A DNA stretch of 64,000 nt, taken from a virus. Of this stretch, positions 11,401-19,811 are shown in pieces; positions within the stretch are counted from its first letter, which is position 1, and each line of letters starts with the position of its first letter. Both the position numbers and the translations under genes were made by a program. Where the stretch lies: the IMG/VR virus record IMGVR_UViG_3300021420_000016, positions 32,001-96,000 of that record. One strand, written 5' to 3'. The notes beneath the pieces were generated by a model, which was given only the letters and a program-made list of their open reading frames with translations, searched no databases and was not told the origin of the DNA.

Positions 11401-11649
11401 CTGCCCTCCACGTCCGGCGGGTTCACCCCGAGCGTCACGCCGGACTGGTACCAGCACCAGACCGCCACCACCAACACCGGTCTCGGCGGAGGGGTGACGG
11501 TCCTGGGTCTCTACTATTTGGAGGCCGGTGAGTCCCTGACCCCGCAGATCGAGGCCCAGTCGTACACGGCGACCTTCGGCACCCTCGCGGGCACGGCGTC
11601 CTCTGGGCAGGTGAACTCGCAGTTCGGGATGGTGTGGATCAGTAGCTGA
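8497..11649 (+). CDS. glycine-rich minor tail protein
   Basis: Likely TTG start at 8497 after GGAGG (the ORF track start overlaps the previous gene); GTYTW..PDGVT.V..GGGGGG glycine-rich module; C1q-like C-terminal domains. Confidence 0.7.
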   Translation: MPSPVVPWVQYQPLTAKALNISLYTSDGTADNTTGISFATWRPALFEAYNTALTLHTSSGGSRSTLASTGSLTSCWVVFDSAGYFGQTQDLPAYGYYQFTPVVEGSTGDGINAGGWYLVAHFAPLTSTSSQTSVGADLLQNGAFLSAGTRQKPTSANHGCPFFFDLINAGTNTFAPAALVGDSSSANCSLVVNSTDSSGETPRSYAIWAGISASSAGEASWDVAGTYTWFAPDGVTEVTVAETGGGGGGGAGNSSSAITGGGGGGGAEFASGVVAVTPGDPFPVTVGAGGTGGAAAGDNGSNGGVSTFTGLSSLTAHGGSFGAGATTAASGAGGAGGTGSGASTHFSGGAGATGSNNKYGGGGGSSGGTTSKGNAASSAAAAPAVPGGGPGGAGGAPVISVVQTAHGSANGNALTVSLKGTQAGNTILAFVYYQATGGTLTDPVVALNDGTALTSRVEADVTSNVNLQVRLFDVYAIPGGETSITITGSGSSDRGVLAEIYEVSGLGASPAFDIQSTHTQGPSHPDVNYQSWSGSAPPSTTKAPELWVAMTGGQQIGNFTVQNPAGSEGWTVDSPHYVTTSGTYSNVTGAILTAHQIKTATGAIGFSGLFSTGVTKGTMAVSYVPGAATVGQSPPVGPGGGGGGGYNQNAGANGSDGQVTLTWTTSSNSNYGTGNVPAPLAAWNDTTPVTAALLNGNTGVAGVVNFLANPPVLRAHATTTQSIANSTAATVALGVVDTDTYSGWNSSTNTYTVAQPGIYLAGALVPYAANGTGIRTAGISVNGTIYWGPPSNGGSADLCSVPKTQMFSLNIGDTVQLATWQNSGGALGTATAAQARMFLVWLCAQGAPATVPGAPDPGFRWQSGTPGAALPGLMTQHLSQDLGFLVQRPYLLAYQSAAQSGLTQNAFSTVVLDQAKGIVHADAGDNYGGWTSGSSNNYAAVVPGWYLCAGEFFATESAASGASVIGAILPSTSGGFTPSVTPDWYQHQTATTNTGLGGGVTVLGLYYLEAGESLTPQIEAQSYTATFGTLAGTASSGQVNSQFGMVWISS

Positions 11650-11659
11650 GGTTCAGGCG

Positions 11660-11860
11660 TCATTGTGGCGGGGGACACTTCTGGCCCCACTGTCCCCCGC
11701 ACTCAGGACAGACATGCTGTCCAAAATGACGGGGGGTTAGGCCGCACATACAGGTGCGCCGGTAGTTCAGGGCGCCCTTGCGCGTCCGGGGGACGAAAAT
11801 ACGCGGACAACGATCGGGCCGCTGGGCCTTGATCGCAGCTTGCAGGCCATGGCCGCTCAT
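11660..11860 (-). CDS. small Cys-rich hypothetical protein
   Basis: ATG at 11860 just after stop of 11863..12309; CxC and CPEC motifs. Confidence 0.4.
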   Translation of the reverse strand: MSGHGLQAAIKAQRPDRCPRIFVPRTRKGALNYRRTCMCGLTPRHFGQHVCPECGGQWGQKCPPPQ

Positions 11861-11862
11861 GG

Positions 11863-12309
11863 TTACCCCGCCTGCGTGAACACGTAGAAGGTCGTCCCGC
11901 AGGCGGCACCCACCACCGGGTACCGGCCCGTCCCGCAGTAGGCGAGATACAACGGCGGTGCGCCCACCGACAGGGTGTGCCCGGGCCCGTACGTCCACAG
12001 GGCCCCCGTGCCTGTGGTGAGTACGAGCCGCCCGGATGCCGCCACGGCGATAGACAGGGTGCTGCCGTAAGGCTTCAGCACGTCGCCGGTGAAGTCCCAG
12101 TTCTGGTCCGGCCGGATGGCGCTGCACTTGGCCAAGACGGCAGCTTCGCCCGCGTGCGGGGCCTTGAGCGGGGAACCTAGGCCCAGGCACAGGACGGTAC
12201 CGGTCCCTGAGGACCAGGAGACGCGTGACACCGGGTCAGTGGACGCGGACGCGGCGGCGGTGCTCCCGGCAATTACCAGTGCGAGCATCAAGGCGGCGAG
12301 TTTAGGCAC
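11863..12309 (-). CDS. secreted protein, ricin B lectin-like
   Basis: Signal peptide; CL..G..LAKC..DQNWDF (QxW) pattern; GGAGG RBS. Confidence 0.55.
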   Translation of the reverse strand: MPKLAALMLALVIAGSTAAASASTDPVSRVSWSSGTGTVLCLGLGSPLKAPHAGEAAVLAKCSAIRPDQNWDFTGDVLKPYGSTLSIAVAASGRLVLTTGTGALWTYGPGHTLSVGAPPLYLAYCGTGRYPVVGAACGTTFYVFTQAG

Positions 12310-12372
12310 GGTTCCTCCCTTTGATTCACTGCTTCATTCTGCCATTCCGGCGGCTGTTTTGAGGAGTGGCCC

Positions 12373-14019
12373 GTGACGACTCCGGTACCCGGCCCGCCCG
12401 CCTCGGTGCTGTCCGCAATCCTCGTGGCCAACCCGGATGCCCCCGGTTCCCCCCTGAAGCTGGCGACGTTCAGCCAGTCCGGGGAACCTCCCGTCCTTCC
12501 CTCGCTGATGAACGATGTGGTGGTCATGCCTCAGGACGGATTGCTGGACGCCAACGGTACCTGGACCGGGTTCCTGGCCACCCAGGGCCTGACCGGAGCC
12601 ACCGCAGCCACGAGGTGGGTGGGCTCCACTGCCGCCGGGGCGCCGACGGCCGGCACGTTCGACGCGGGGGACTTCATCACCTCCCAGGACGGCAACGCCT
12701 ACATCTGTACCGCACCCGGATCGCCGGGAACGTGGGTGGCCTCAGGGGGCGCCCCGTCCGGCACAGCCGGCGGCGACCTCGGCGGCACCTACCCGGACCC
12801 GACCGTGGTGTCCGTGGCGCACGTGACCGCCGGCACCCTGGGCCTCACGCACGGCGGCACCGGGGCGACGTCGCAGAACTTCGCCAACTTGCTCACCCCC
12901 ACCGGCACCAAGACCGCCGCCTACACTGCCAGCCCCGGCGACTTCGTGCCGTGCGACACCAACTCGGTCGGCGCGTTCACGGTCACCCTGCCGGCCGCCC
13001 CGGCGGGGCTGACCGCCATCGGCATCAAGATGATCAAGCAGTCCGGCACGAACGCGGTCACCATCGCCGCCGGCGGCTCGGACGTGTTCAACGTCGCCGG
13101 GGGTGCCACCAGTCTCACCCTGAACCTGCTGTTCCAGGGGGTGCTGCTGCAGTACCGCAGCAGCGGGGCCATCTGGTACGTCTTCTCCGACGACCTGCCC
13201 CTGGGTGCCCTGGACTCCCGGTACGTCGCCTCAGTCAGTGCCGGGGACACCTCCGTCGTCATCGGCGGCAGCGCGTCGGCGCCGACGGTCGAGACCGGCA
13301 CACTGGACGTGATCGCCGCGGATCACCCGCCGGCGGCGAACTGGTCGAACAACTCCCACAAGATCACCAGTGTGGCCAACGGCGGTGCGGCGCAAGACGC
13401 CGCTGCGTGGGGGCAGACGGTCAGCGGCGTCCTCACCACCGTCGGCGACACCGTCTACGAGAACTCCACCCCGGCCCCGGCCCGGCTGGCGGGTAACACC
13501 ACCGCACAGAAGATGTTCCTGAACTCCACCGGGACAGGCTCGGCGGCGAACGCGCCCGCGTGGGCCACGGTCTCCGGGCAGTACCTGCGCGCTCCCACCA
13601 TCGTCACCACCGGGACCACCTACACCACCACCTCCGCGACGTTCGCCGCGATCGCCCCCGGCACCGTAGGCACGGGAAGCTTCATCGCGCCGTCTTCCGG
13701 CGAGGTGGTCATCGAGGTGGATGTGGTGCTGAACACCTCGGTGGCGACGACCTACGGGTTCGCGCTCGCCACGACCGCGACCGTGACCCCGATCGTGGGA
13801 AACGTCATCGGCGGTGAGGCGTCGTCCTCGACGCCCTACCAGCCGACGCACCTGTGCTTCCCGGTGACCTCGCTGACCGGTGGCACCTCCTACAACTACG
13901 ACGTGCTGTTCGCGACGGTCAGCGGCACCCTGTCGTGCCCCTCGCTGGGCAGCGCCAACACCACCGTCACGGCCAACAACAAGGGCGCCCCCATCGTCGT
14001 CGCCGTCAAAGCCGTCTGA
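12373..14019 (+). CDS. tail fibre protein
   Basis: AGGDLGGTYPDPTV, L...HGGTGAT and KITSVANG..AQDAA fibre motifs. Confidence 0.7.
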   Translation: MTTPVPGPPASVLSAILVANPDAPGSPLKLATFSQSGEPPVLPSLMNDVVVMPQDGLLDANGTWTGFLATQGLTGATAATRWVGSTAAGAPTAGTFDAGDFITSQDGNAYICTAPGSPGTWVASGGAPSGTAGGDLGGTYPDPTVVSVAHVTAGTLGLTHGGTGATSQNFANLLTPTGTKTAAYTASPGDFVPCDTNSVGAFTVTLPAAPAGLTAIGIKMIKQSGTNAVTIAAGGSDVFNVAGGATSLTLNLLFQGVLLQYRSSGAIWYVFSDDLPLGALDSRYVASVSAGDTSVVIGGSASAPTVETGTLDVIAADHPPAANWSNNSHKITSVANGGAAQDAAAWGQTVSGVLTTVGDTVYENSTPAPARLAGNTTAQKMFLNSTGTGSAANAPAWATVSGQYLRAPTIVTTGTTYTTTSATFAAIAPGTVGTGSFIAPSSGEVVIEVDVVLNTSVATTYGFALATTATVTPIVGNVIGGEASSSTPYQPTHLCFPVTSLTGGTSYNYDVLFATVSGTLSCPSLGSANTTVTANNKGAPIVVAVKAV

Positions 14020-14066
14020 GGGCCCACCGCCTAGTGAGTGGCGGCCCCCCGTGGAGGGGGTGAGGC

Positions 14067-15308
14067 GTGCCATCCCAGTTCGCCGGCTCGTTCGCCCCTT
14101 CCCCGCAGTCGTGGCTGGGTATCGCCCGCGAACTCATCGCTGGCACGCCGGTGCTGCCCACCGACGCGGTCCCCGTCGACGGCGACGCCTACGACATCGA
14201 AGACACCCCCGTATTCCTGCAAGACGCCGGAATCCGCGCCACCATGGGTGCCGTGTTCGGCGCCGTCCCGGGCACCCAGACTGCCGCGTTCTCCTTCGGT
14301 TCCCCCGCCTACCTGGACGTCGAAGGCTACTGGCTCGACAACATTTTCGGCGACGTCTCCACCGTGTCCGGCGGCGCGCTCGGCACCGCGCGGGCCCTGC
14401 AAACCGCACTGCCCGTGGGGGCGGCCAGCCTCGCCGTAGGCGCCTCCCTGGGCAGCGTCACCGCCGGCAGTATCATCCAGATCGCCGACGGGGATGCCTC
14501 CGAGATTGTCGTCGCCACCACGGCCACCGGCGGGACCGCGGTGAGCTTCACCGGCACCCCGTGCCGGTTCGCCCACGCCACCACCGCGACCGCCGCGCTG
14601 CAAACCGCCGCGGTCAACTACCAGCACACGTTCAACCTGCTGAACTCCGGCACCGGCATGCCGCCAACCCACACGGTCACCGACTGGACCGGCCTCACCC
14701 CCGGCGTCAGTGCCCGGTCCTACCCGAACGCGGTGGCCACCGAGCTGGATTTGGCCGGCGACGCCACCGGGTACATCACCACCAAGGTCACCGGCGTGTC
14801 CTGGCTGTCGGCACCCGCCGCGTCCACGCCCACGGTCCCGCCCGGGTTCGCAGCCCCGCTGGCATCGTGGGCTGCCACCGTCACCGTCGGCGGCGAACCA
14901 GTCCCCGACGTGGGGGACTGGAGTGTCGCCTTCCAGCGGCAGACCATCGCCTACTGGAACGCCCAGAATGCCCAGGCGCCGTACGTTTTCCCCCGCGGGC
15001 CGCTCACCGTCACCGGCGGCCTCGACTACACCGTCCCCCTCGACGAGAGCCCCCTGGACCTGATGCTCGAAGACGGCCTGCAGCCGCTGGTCATCTCCGT
15101 CAGCAACGGCCGGACCGGCGCCGCGGCCCTGTCCATGACCCTGTCCTGCGCCCAGATCCAGGCGGTCACGGCTAAACCCGTCCGGGGCGAAACCCTGATC
15201 GGTTACGCGGACACCTGGATTGCGATCGACAACGCCACCAACGCGGGAGGTTCGGGAGGCCTCGGCGCCGCCACCGTGACGCTCGTCAACGCCGTCGCCA
15301 CGTACTAG
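14067..15308 (+). CDS. phage tail tube/major tail-like protein
   Basis: SWLGIARE..GTPV.PT..P start, LQDAGIR.TMG, YQHTFNLLN, C-terminal VTLVNAV.TY. Confidence 0.55.
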   Translation: MPSQFAGSFAPSPQSWLGIARELIAGTPVLPTDAVPVDGDAYDIEDTPVFLQDAGIRATMGAVFGAVPGTQTAAFSFGSPAYLDVEGYWLDNIFGDVSTVSGGALGTARALQTALPVGAASLAVGASLGSVTAGSIIQIADGDASEIVVATTATGGTAVSFTGTPCRFAHATTATAALQTAAVNYQHTFNLLNSGTGMPPTHTVTDWTGLTPGVSARSYPNAVATELDLAGDATGYITTKVTGVSWLSAPAASTPTVPPGFAAPLASWAATVTVGGEPVPDVGDWSVAFQRQTIAYWNAQNAQAPYVFPRGPLTVTGGLDYTVPLDESPLDLMLEDGLQPLVISVSNGRTGAAALSMTLSCAQIQAVTAKPVRGETLIGYADTWIAIDNATNAGGSGGLGAATVTLVNAVATY

Positions 15309-15334
15309 CAGCCAGGCCACCCGGGGGGCCGTCA

Positions 15335-15835
15335 ATGGCCACAGGCCCACGCGATGAGCACGGCTCCCCGGCCGGGCCCGGGGGGGTGGACGCCCAGCTT
15401 TCCATCCCGCTCAAAGAGTACTTCGAGGCGCTCCGCGCCGCCGACGAACGGCTTCTCGCCGAGCGTGACCGCCGCTACAAGGAAGTCAGGGAGGCGGAGG
15501 AAAAGGCGCTGTGGGTCAAGGAAGCCGCCGACGCCAGGGCGCTTCAGCTCGCGGAAAAAACACAGGCGTACAAGGACGAGAAGGCCAACGAGTTGCGGGA
15601 GCAGATCGCCAGCGAACGCGGCCTGTACGTCACCCGCGCGGAACTGGCCAGCGCGGTGCGGGAACTGCAAGCGAACATCGAGCCGCTCGCCGAGTACGTG
15701 ACCAGCGCCGCCGGGCATGTCTCGGGCACCGAGAGCCAGAAGACGGAACAGCGCCTGGACAACGCCCAGATATTGCAGATCCTCGTCCTCGTCGGTTTGG
15801 CGATCGGCCTAGTCATTAGCTTTCTTCACCACTAA
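15335..15835 (+). CDS. coiled-coil membrane protein (lysis region)
   Basis: Coiled coil plus C-terminal transmembrane helix. Confidence 0.6.
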   Translation: MATGPRDEHGSPAGPGGVDAQLSIPLKEYFEALRAADERLLAERDRRYKEVREAEEKALWVKEAADARALQLAEKTQAYKDEKANELREQIASERGLYVTRAELASAVRELQANIEPLAEYVTSAAGHVSGTESQKTEQRLDNAQILQILVLVGLAIGLVISFLHH

Positions 15836-15857
15836 AAAGCACAGGAGAGGCCGGTGG

Positions 15858-16112
15858 ATGGACAGCACGCTTATCACGCTGCTGACCGGCGCCGGAGTTG
15901 CGGGCGTGTTCTGCATCCTTTTCATTACGGGATTCGTCTACCCCCGCACCGTGGTGACTGATCTCAAAGCCGAGATAGCGGAACTTAAAGAGGCCGTCGA
16001 AGCTGAACGCGACCGGGCGAACACCGCAGTCACGGCGGCGTCGGCGACCCGCGACATCCTCGCCGCCATCCAGCTCGGCCAGCACCTCGGGCCCGCCCGG
16101 GACGCCCTGTGA
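15858..16112 (+). CDS. holin-like membrane protein
   Basis: N-terminal TM helix, G.VYPR motif, coiled coil. Confidence 0.55.
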   Translation: MDSTLITLLTGAGVAGVFCILFITGFVYPRTVVTDLKAEIAELKEAVEAERDRANTAVTAASATRDILAAIQLGQHLGPARDAL

Positions 16113-16336
16113 ACTGGCTGCGGACAGCATTCAGGAGGACGGCCGAGGTGATCCTTCCCTGGATGGCTAAACCGGAACGCCACGCCGCCATCGCCGCCGC
16201 CCGCCGGGAGAAAGAACATTCCCAGGCGACACTGCGGCACGCCCAGTCGGTGGAGCGGCAAATCCGGCAGATGGCCGATGAGAATCATTACGCCGAAAAG
16301 ATTGCCCGGCAGATCATCTGGGGCGACCACAAGTGA
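16109..16336 (+). CDS. hypothetical phage protein
   Basis: Translationally coupled (GTGA overlaps); ENHYAE motif. Confidence 0.6.
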   Translation: MNWLRTAFRRTAEVILPWMAKPERHAAIAAARREKEHSQATLRHAQSVERQIRQMADENHYAEKIARQIIWGDHK

Positions 16337-16686
16337 CCCAGGATCAATGGATCATCCTGGCCTTCAAGATCGCGACCATCTCCGGGTTCGTCGCGCTGGT
16401 CGCCTGGATCGTGGTGTACACGCGGCTCGCGGCGTGGTGGAAAAACCCGGTCGGCCGCACCCTGGTCGCCAAGTCCGCCCTCATCGCCGCCCTGCTGGTA
16501 CCCACCGCCCTGTCGCTGTTCTTCAACCTCAACCGGCTCGACAGCAGGATCGCCGGCTGGGCCGACGCGGCCCTCCTCGGCCTGGTCACCCCCGTGATGT
16601 GGTGGAGAACTTACGTATGGATCAAGCTCCACCGCGCCGGCCAGTTCCTCCCTAACGGGCAGGACGGCAGAAAGGGGGGGGCGTGA
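16333..16686 (+). CDS. putative holin, 3 TM helices
   Basis: YT..A.WWKNPVG motif; paralog of next gene. Confidence 0.6.
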   Translation: MTQDQWIILAFKIATISGFVALVAWIVVYTRLAAWWKNPVGRTLVAKSALIAALLVPTALSLFFNLNRLDSRIAGWADAALLGLVTPVMWWRTYVWIKLHRAGQFLPNGQDGRKGGA

Positions 16687-17045
16687 TCCGTGCGGTCACC
16701 GACATCGGGAACTTCTGCCTGTGGGGCTCCTCGGCACTCATCGTGATCTTCATGATCCAGTACACGGCCCTGGCGAAATGGTGGAAAAACCCGATCGGGG
16801 TCACCATCATCGGCCTGGACCTGTGCCTCCTGGCGATCTTCGTCCCGTCACTGCTGGCCCAGGCCGACCCCGGCGGCTTCGCCCACTTCGCCTCGGCCCG
16901 GTGGTACCTGTTCCTGTCCGCCAGCGTGGTGACCCTCACCTTCCTGTTCGTCGCCACCCGGGTCATCACCTGGGAATACCTGCGCCGCAAACGGCGCCAC
17001 CTGCTGCCCGACGGGGGGAACCATGGCGGACAGCGAAACCCGTGA
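16683..17045 (+). CDS. putative holin, 3 TM helices (paralog)
   Basis: YT..A.WWKNPIG motif. Confidence 0.6.
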   Translation: MIRAVTDIGNFCLWGSSALIVIFMIQYTALAKWWKNPIGVTIIGLDLCLLAIFVPSLLAQADPGGFAHFASARWYLFLSASVVTLTFLFVATRVITWEYLRRKRRHLLPDGGNHGGQRNP

Positions 17046-17517
17046 CGTCGCCGCACACGAAGCGGCGCAAACCCACCACTACTGGCTGCATTTCCCCCCG
17101 CATCCGGCGCGGAAAGACGACCCGCATTACGTGGACTTCGACCACTACCACCGCAAAACCCGCGCCGCCGCGCGGTGTTACATCGGGGAACGCATCGGGT
17201 TCGGCGAATGCCTCGACGCCCAGGGAAGCCCGTGCCCGCCGCCGGACGGCGGGGGAGAGCAGCCGGGCCTGGAACTCCACCACGCCCACATCGAATTCAG
17301 CTTGCAAAACGGCGTCGATCTCACCGCCCTCGAAAAGGACTACCCAGGTGTTTCCGACCCCACACAAGTGGGTGCATGGGTGGAATCAGCGGTCAATCTG
17401 CGCTGGTATTGCGCATGGCATCACCGTGGGGCTTCCGGGGCCCACACGGCAACCCATAGTGATTTTGAAGCCACACAATATGTTCCGGGCCTTATTTCCA
17501 AAGGTCCCAGCGAATGA
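17023..17517 (+). CDS. HNH-like hypothetical protein
   Basis: C..LELHH..NL..YC.WHH His/Cys pattern. Confidence 0.5.
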   Translation: MADSETRDVAAHEAAQTHHYWLHFPPHPARKDDPHYVDFDHYHRKTRAAARCYIGERIGFGECLDAQGSPCPPPDGGGEQPGLELHHAHIEFSLQNGVDLTALEKDYPGVSDPTQVGAWVESAVNLRWYCAWHHRGASGAHTATHSDFEATQYVPGLISKGPSE

Positions 17518-18071
17518 CCGGCATTCCGCTCCGAATCGCCGAGCCAGCTGGAGCGTATATGCGCTCGCTGCGGCGTTTCGTCTTCACTCACTGCGGTAAC
17601 GACTGCCCGGCGGGCGGCTACCACGACGCCAGCGCCGGTCTTGGCCGCGTCACAGAACGGCTCACCCACGGTGACGTCTGGGACCGCAAAGATGCCCGCT
17701 GGCCCACAACATGTGCGGCCTGCGGCTATGGGTTCGCCGTCGGCGATGAATGGCAACTCAACGACGACGCGATCTACCGCCTGCCGGATGGTGCCGAGTT
17801 CGTCTTCCGTGGCACGTTTGGGAACGCTGCACCACCAGGCACCATGATCCGCGCCGAATGGTACGACGAGTTCAGCGACCGGCCGGGGCAGTCGTGGCTC
17901 ATCTCCCTGCCGGGCGGCGGGGAATGGATCACCACCCAGTCCGCGACCGGCGGCGGCCACTGGACCGTCACGGGCACACCGCCGGACATCACCGTGAACC
18001 CGTCGATCTGGCATAACGCGCCACGCGGGTGGCACGGGTTTATCCGGGACGGAGAGCTGGTGCCGGCATGA
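17514..18071 (+). CDS. hypothetical protein with DUF6527-like C-terminus
   Basis: WTVTG.PP.ITV.PSI..WHGFIRDG motif. Confidence 0.55.
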   Translation: MTGIPLRIAEPAGAYMRSLRRFVFTHCGNDCPAGGYHDASAGLGRVTERLTHGDVWDRKDARWPTTCAACGYGFAVGDEWQLNDDAIYRLPDGAEFVFRGTFGNAAPPGTMIRAEWYDEFSDRPGQSWLISLPGGGEWITTQSATGGGHWTVTGTPPDITVNPSIWHNAPRGWHGFIRDGELVPA

Positions 18072-18706
18072 GTGACCACCCGCATTTCGGTGTCACCAGG
18101 CACGGCCTCAAGGTTCACGCCCGCACCATCGACCACCACCCGGACGGCAGCGCCTACGCCAAGTTCAACAAGCACGTCGCCCTGGCCCTGACCCGTTACG
18201 TCGGGACCATGACCTGCTTTTGGGTTTTCTGCTGCCTGTCGCTGTCGTCGCTGCCCGCGGTGCTGTCCGGGTTCACGGTGTTCCACGGCACCTTCCCGGC
18301 GATCATTGTCAAGGCCAGCATCATCGCCTTGGTCGCATGGGTCGCACAGACGCTGATCCAGTTGGTGCTCCTTCCCGCACTGATGGTGGGGCAAAACCTC
18401 CAAAACGAGGCCGCCGACGCCCGCGCGGCGAAGACGTTCGAGGATGTCGAAACCGTAATGGACAGGCTCGACATCCACACCGAAGGCGGCATCAAGGAAG
18501 TCCTGGACGCGGTGGCCGCGCTCCGCGGCGAGATGGCCGCGCGGCCGAAACGCAGGGAGTTAGCACCCTGGCCGCGTGGTGGCTTGACCGCGTGCTGCCC
18601 AGCGTCGTGTCCGCCGCCGTGTGGGCGCCGGTGGCGTTCTGGATGCAGCACCGGGCGCTGTCCCGCAAATTCCGCAAGGTCACCGGCGAGCAGACCGGTG
18701 AACTGA
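18068..18706 (+). CDS. DUF1003-like membrane protein
   Basis: VGTMTCFWVF..QTLIQLVLLP.LMVGQN..DARA motif; the 3' end overlaps a probable small gene and is uncertain. Confidence 0.6.
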   Translation: MSDHPHFGVTRHGLKVHARTIDHHPDGSAYAKFNKHVALALTRYVGTMTCFWVFCCLSLSSLPAVLSGFTVFHGTFPAIIVKASIIALVAWVAQTLIQLVLLPALMVGQNLQNEAADARAAKTFEDVETVMDRLDIHTEGGIKEVLDAVAALRGEMAARPKRRELAPWPRGGLTACCPASCPPPCGRRWRSGCSTGRCPANSARSPASRPVN

Positions 18707-18743
18707 AACGGCACATGGACGCCGGGGGAGAGGCGGGCGGCAC

Positions 18744-19577
18744 ATGAGCTTGATCATGTACGACGCTATCGCGGTCGGCAACATCCCCCAGAACGCCACC
18801 GCGGCCGCCGGGTACGTGGACGGGATGTGGCCCACGCTCTTGGAACTCAAGGCGCGACTGCCCCACGCGCACGTCCTGTCGATCGCCGTGTTCGCCGCCG
18901 ACGACGCCGACTGCCTCGACGTCGAGCAGGGCGACGCCACCCCCGCCGAGGCGCCCGGCTGGGTGCTGCGCCAGCAGGACCGCGGCGCCTACCGGCCGGC
19001 GGTGTACACGAGCGTCTCGAACGTCCCCGCGGTCCTCTCCGCCCTGGGGGCCGCGGGGATCCCCCGCAGCGGCGTGCGGATCTGGTCCGCGCACTACACC
19101 GGGATCACGCACATCTGCGGGCCGTCGACCTGCGCCTACCCGGGGCTGACGATCAACTGCGACGCCACCCAGTTCACCGACGTCTCCCACGGCCTGCCGC
19201 TGGACGCATCCCTGGTATCCGGCACGTTCTTCGACGGCCCCCCGAAACCGCCAGCACCCCAAACGTTCATCCCCCAAGGAGACGGCGTGTTCTTCCTCCC
19301 CAACGGCTCCGGCGCGGTCGCCGCCCTGCCCGTTCCCCGGTTCGTCCTGGGCGCCGGCCCGGCGGGCACCCCGGCGATCGTCGCGCCGACGGTGCTGCGG
19401 CTGGCATCCAACAGCCCCGCCCAGCAGGAATACATGGTGGACGACAGCGGTTCGTGGCTGCCGCTGAACATCGACTACACCCGGTCCCCGGAGGAACTGC
19501 AGATCGGCGCCGCCAGCGTGATCAAGATCCGCCGCACCGACGCCGGGACGAACCTGGTCACCGGCGACTTCGCCTAA
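18744..19577 (+). CDS. endolysin, GH25-like muramidase
   Basis: MYDA..GYVDG, LDVEQGDA, RPAVYTS, WSAHY and ATQFT motifs; follows holin-like genes. Confidence 0.7.
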   Translation: MSLIMYDAIAVGNIPQNATAAAGYVDGMWPTLLELKARLPHAHVLSIAVFAADDADCLDVEQGDATPAEAPGWVLRQQDRGAYRPAVYTSVSNVPAVLSALGAAGIPRSGVRIWSAHYTGITHICGPSTCAYPGLTINCDATQFTDVSHGLPLDASLVSGTFFDGPPKPPAPQTFIPQGDGVFFLPNGSGAVAALPVPRFVLGAGPAGTPAIVAPTVLRLASNSPAQQEYMVDDSGSWLPLNIDYTRSPEELQIGAASVIKIRRTDAGTNLVTGDFA

Positions 19578-19811
19578 GTACTACTGCCCGCGGACAATCG
19601 CAAGGGCTGCCTCCAGGATCTCGGCCACCGCCCCCGGCGGGATGATCACCCCCGAGGTGAACGGCGCCGCGTGGACTAACACGTCCATCCGGCCGGGGCG
19701 GCCGCCGCCGGTGATCTCGATGCGAGCCATGTCGCAGAACCTGTTCTCATCCGCCGCACCGGTCAGCCGTTTCACCGTGCACGCCCTTCCGCCAAAGGCC
19801 GTCTTTAGGGA

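Noticed and set aside
9559-11457. Long antisense ORFs (also 2610-4067, 38735-40372, 54544-56457)
   Set aside because: Shadow ORFs expected from high GC3 codon bias opposite real genes; no motifs.
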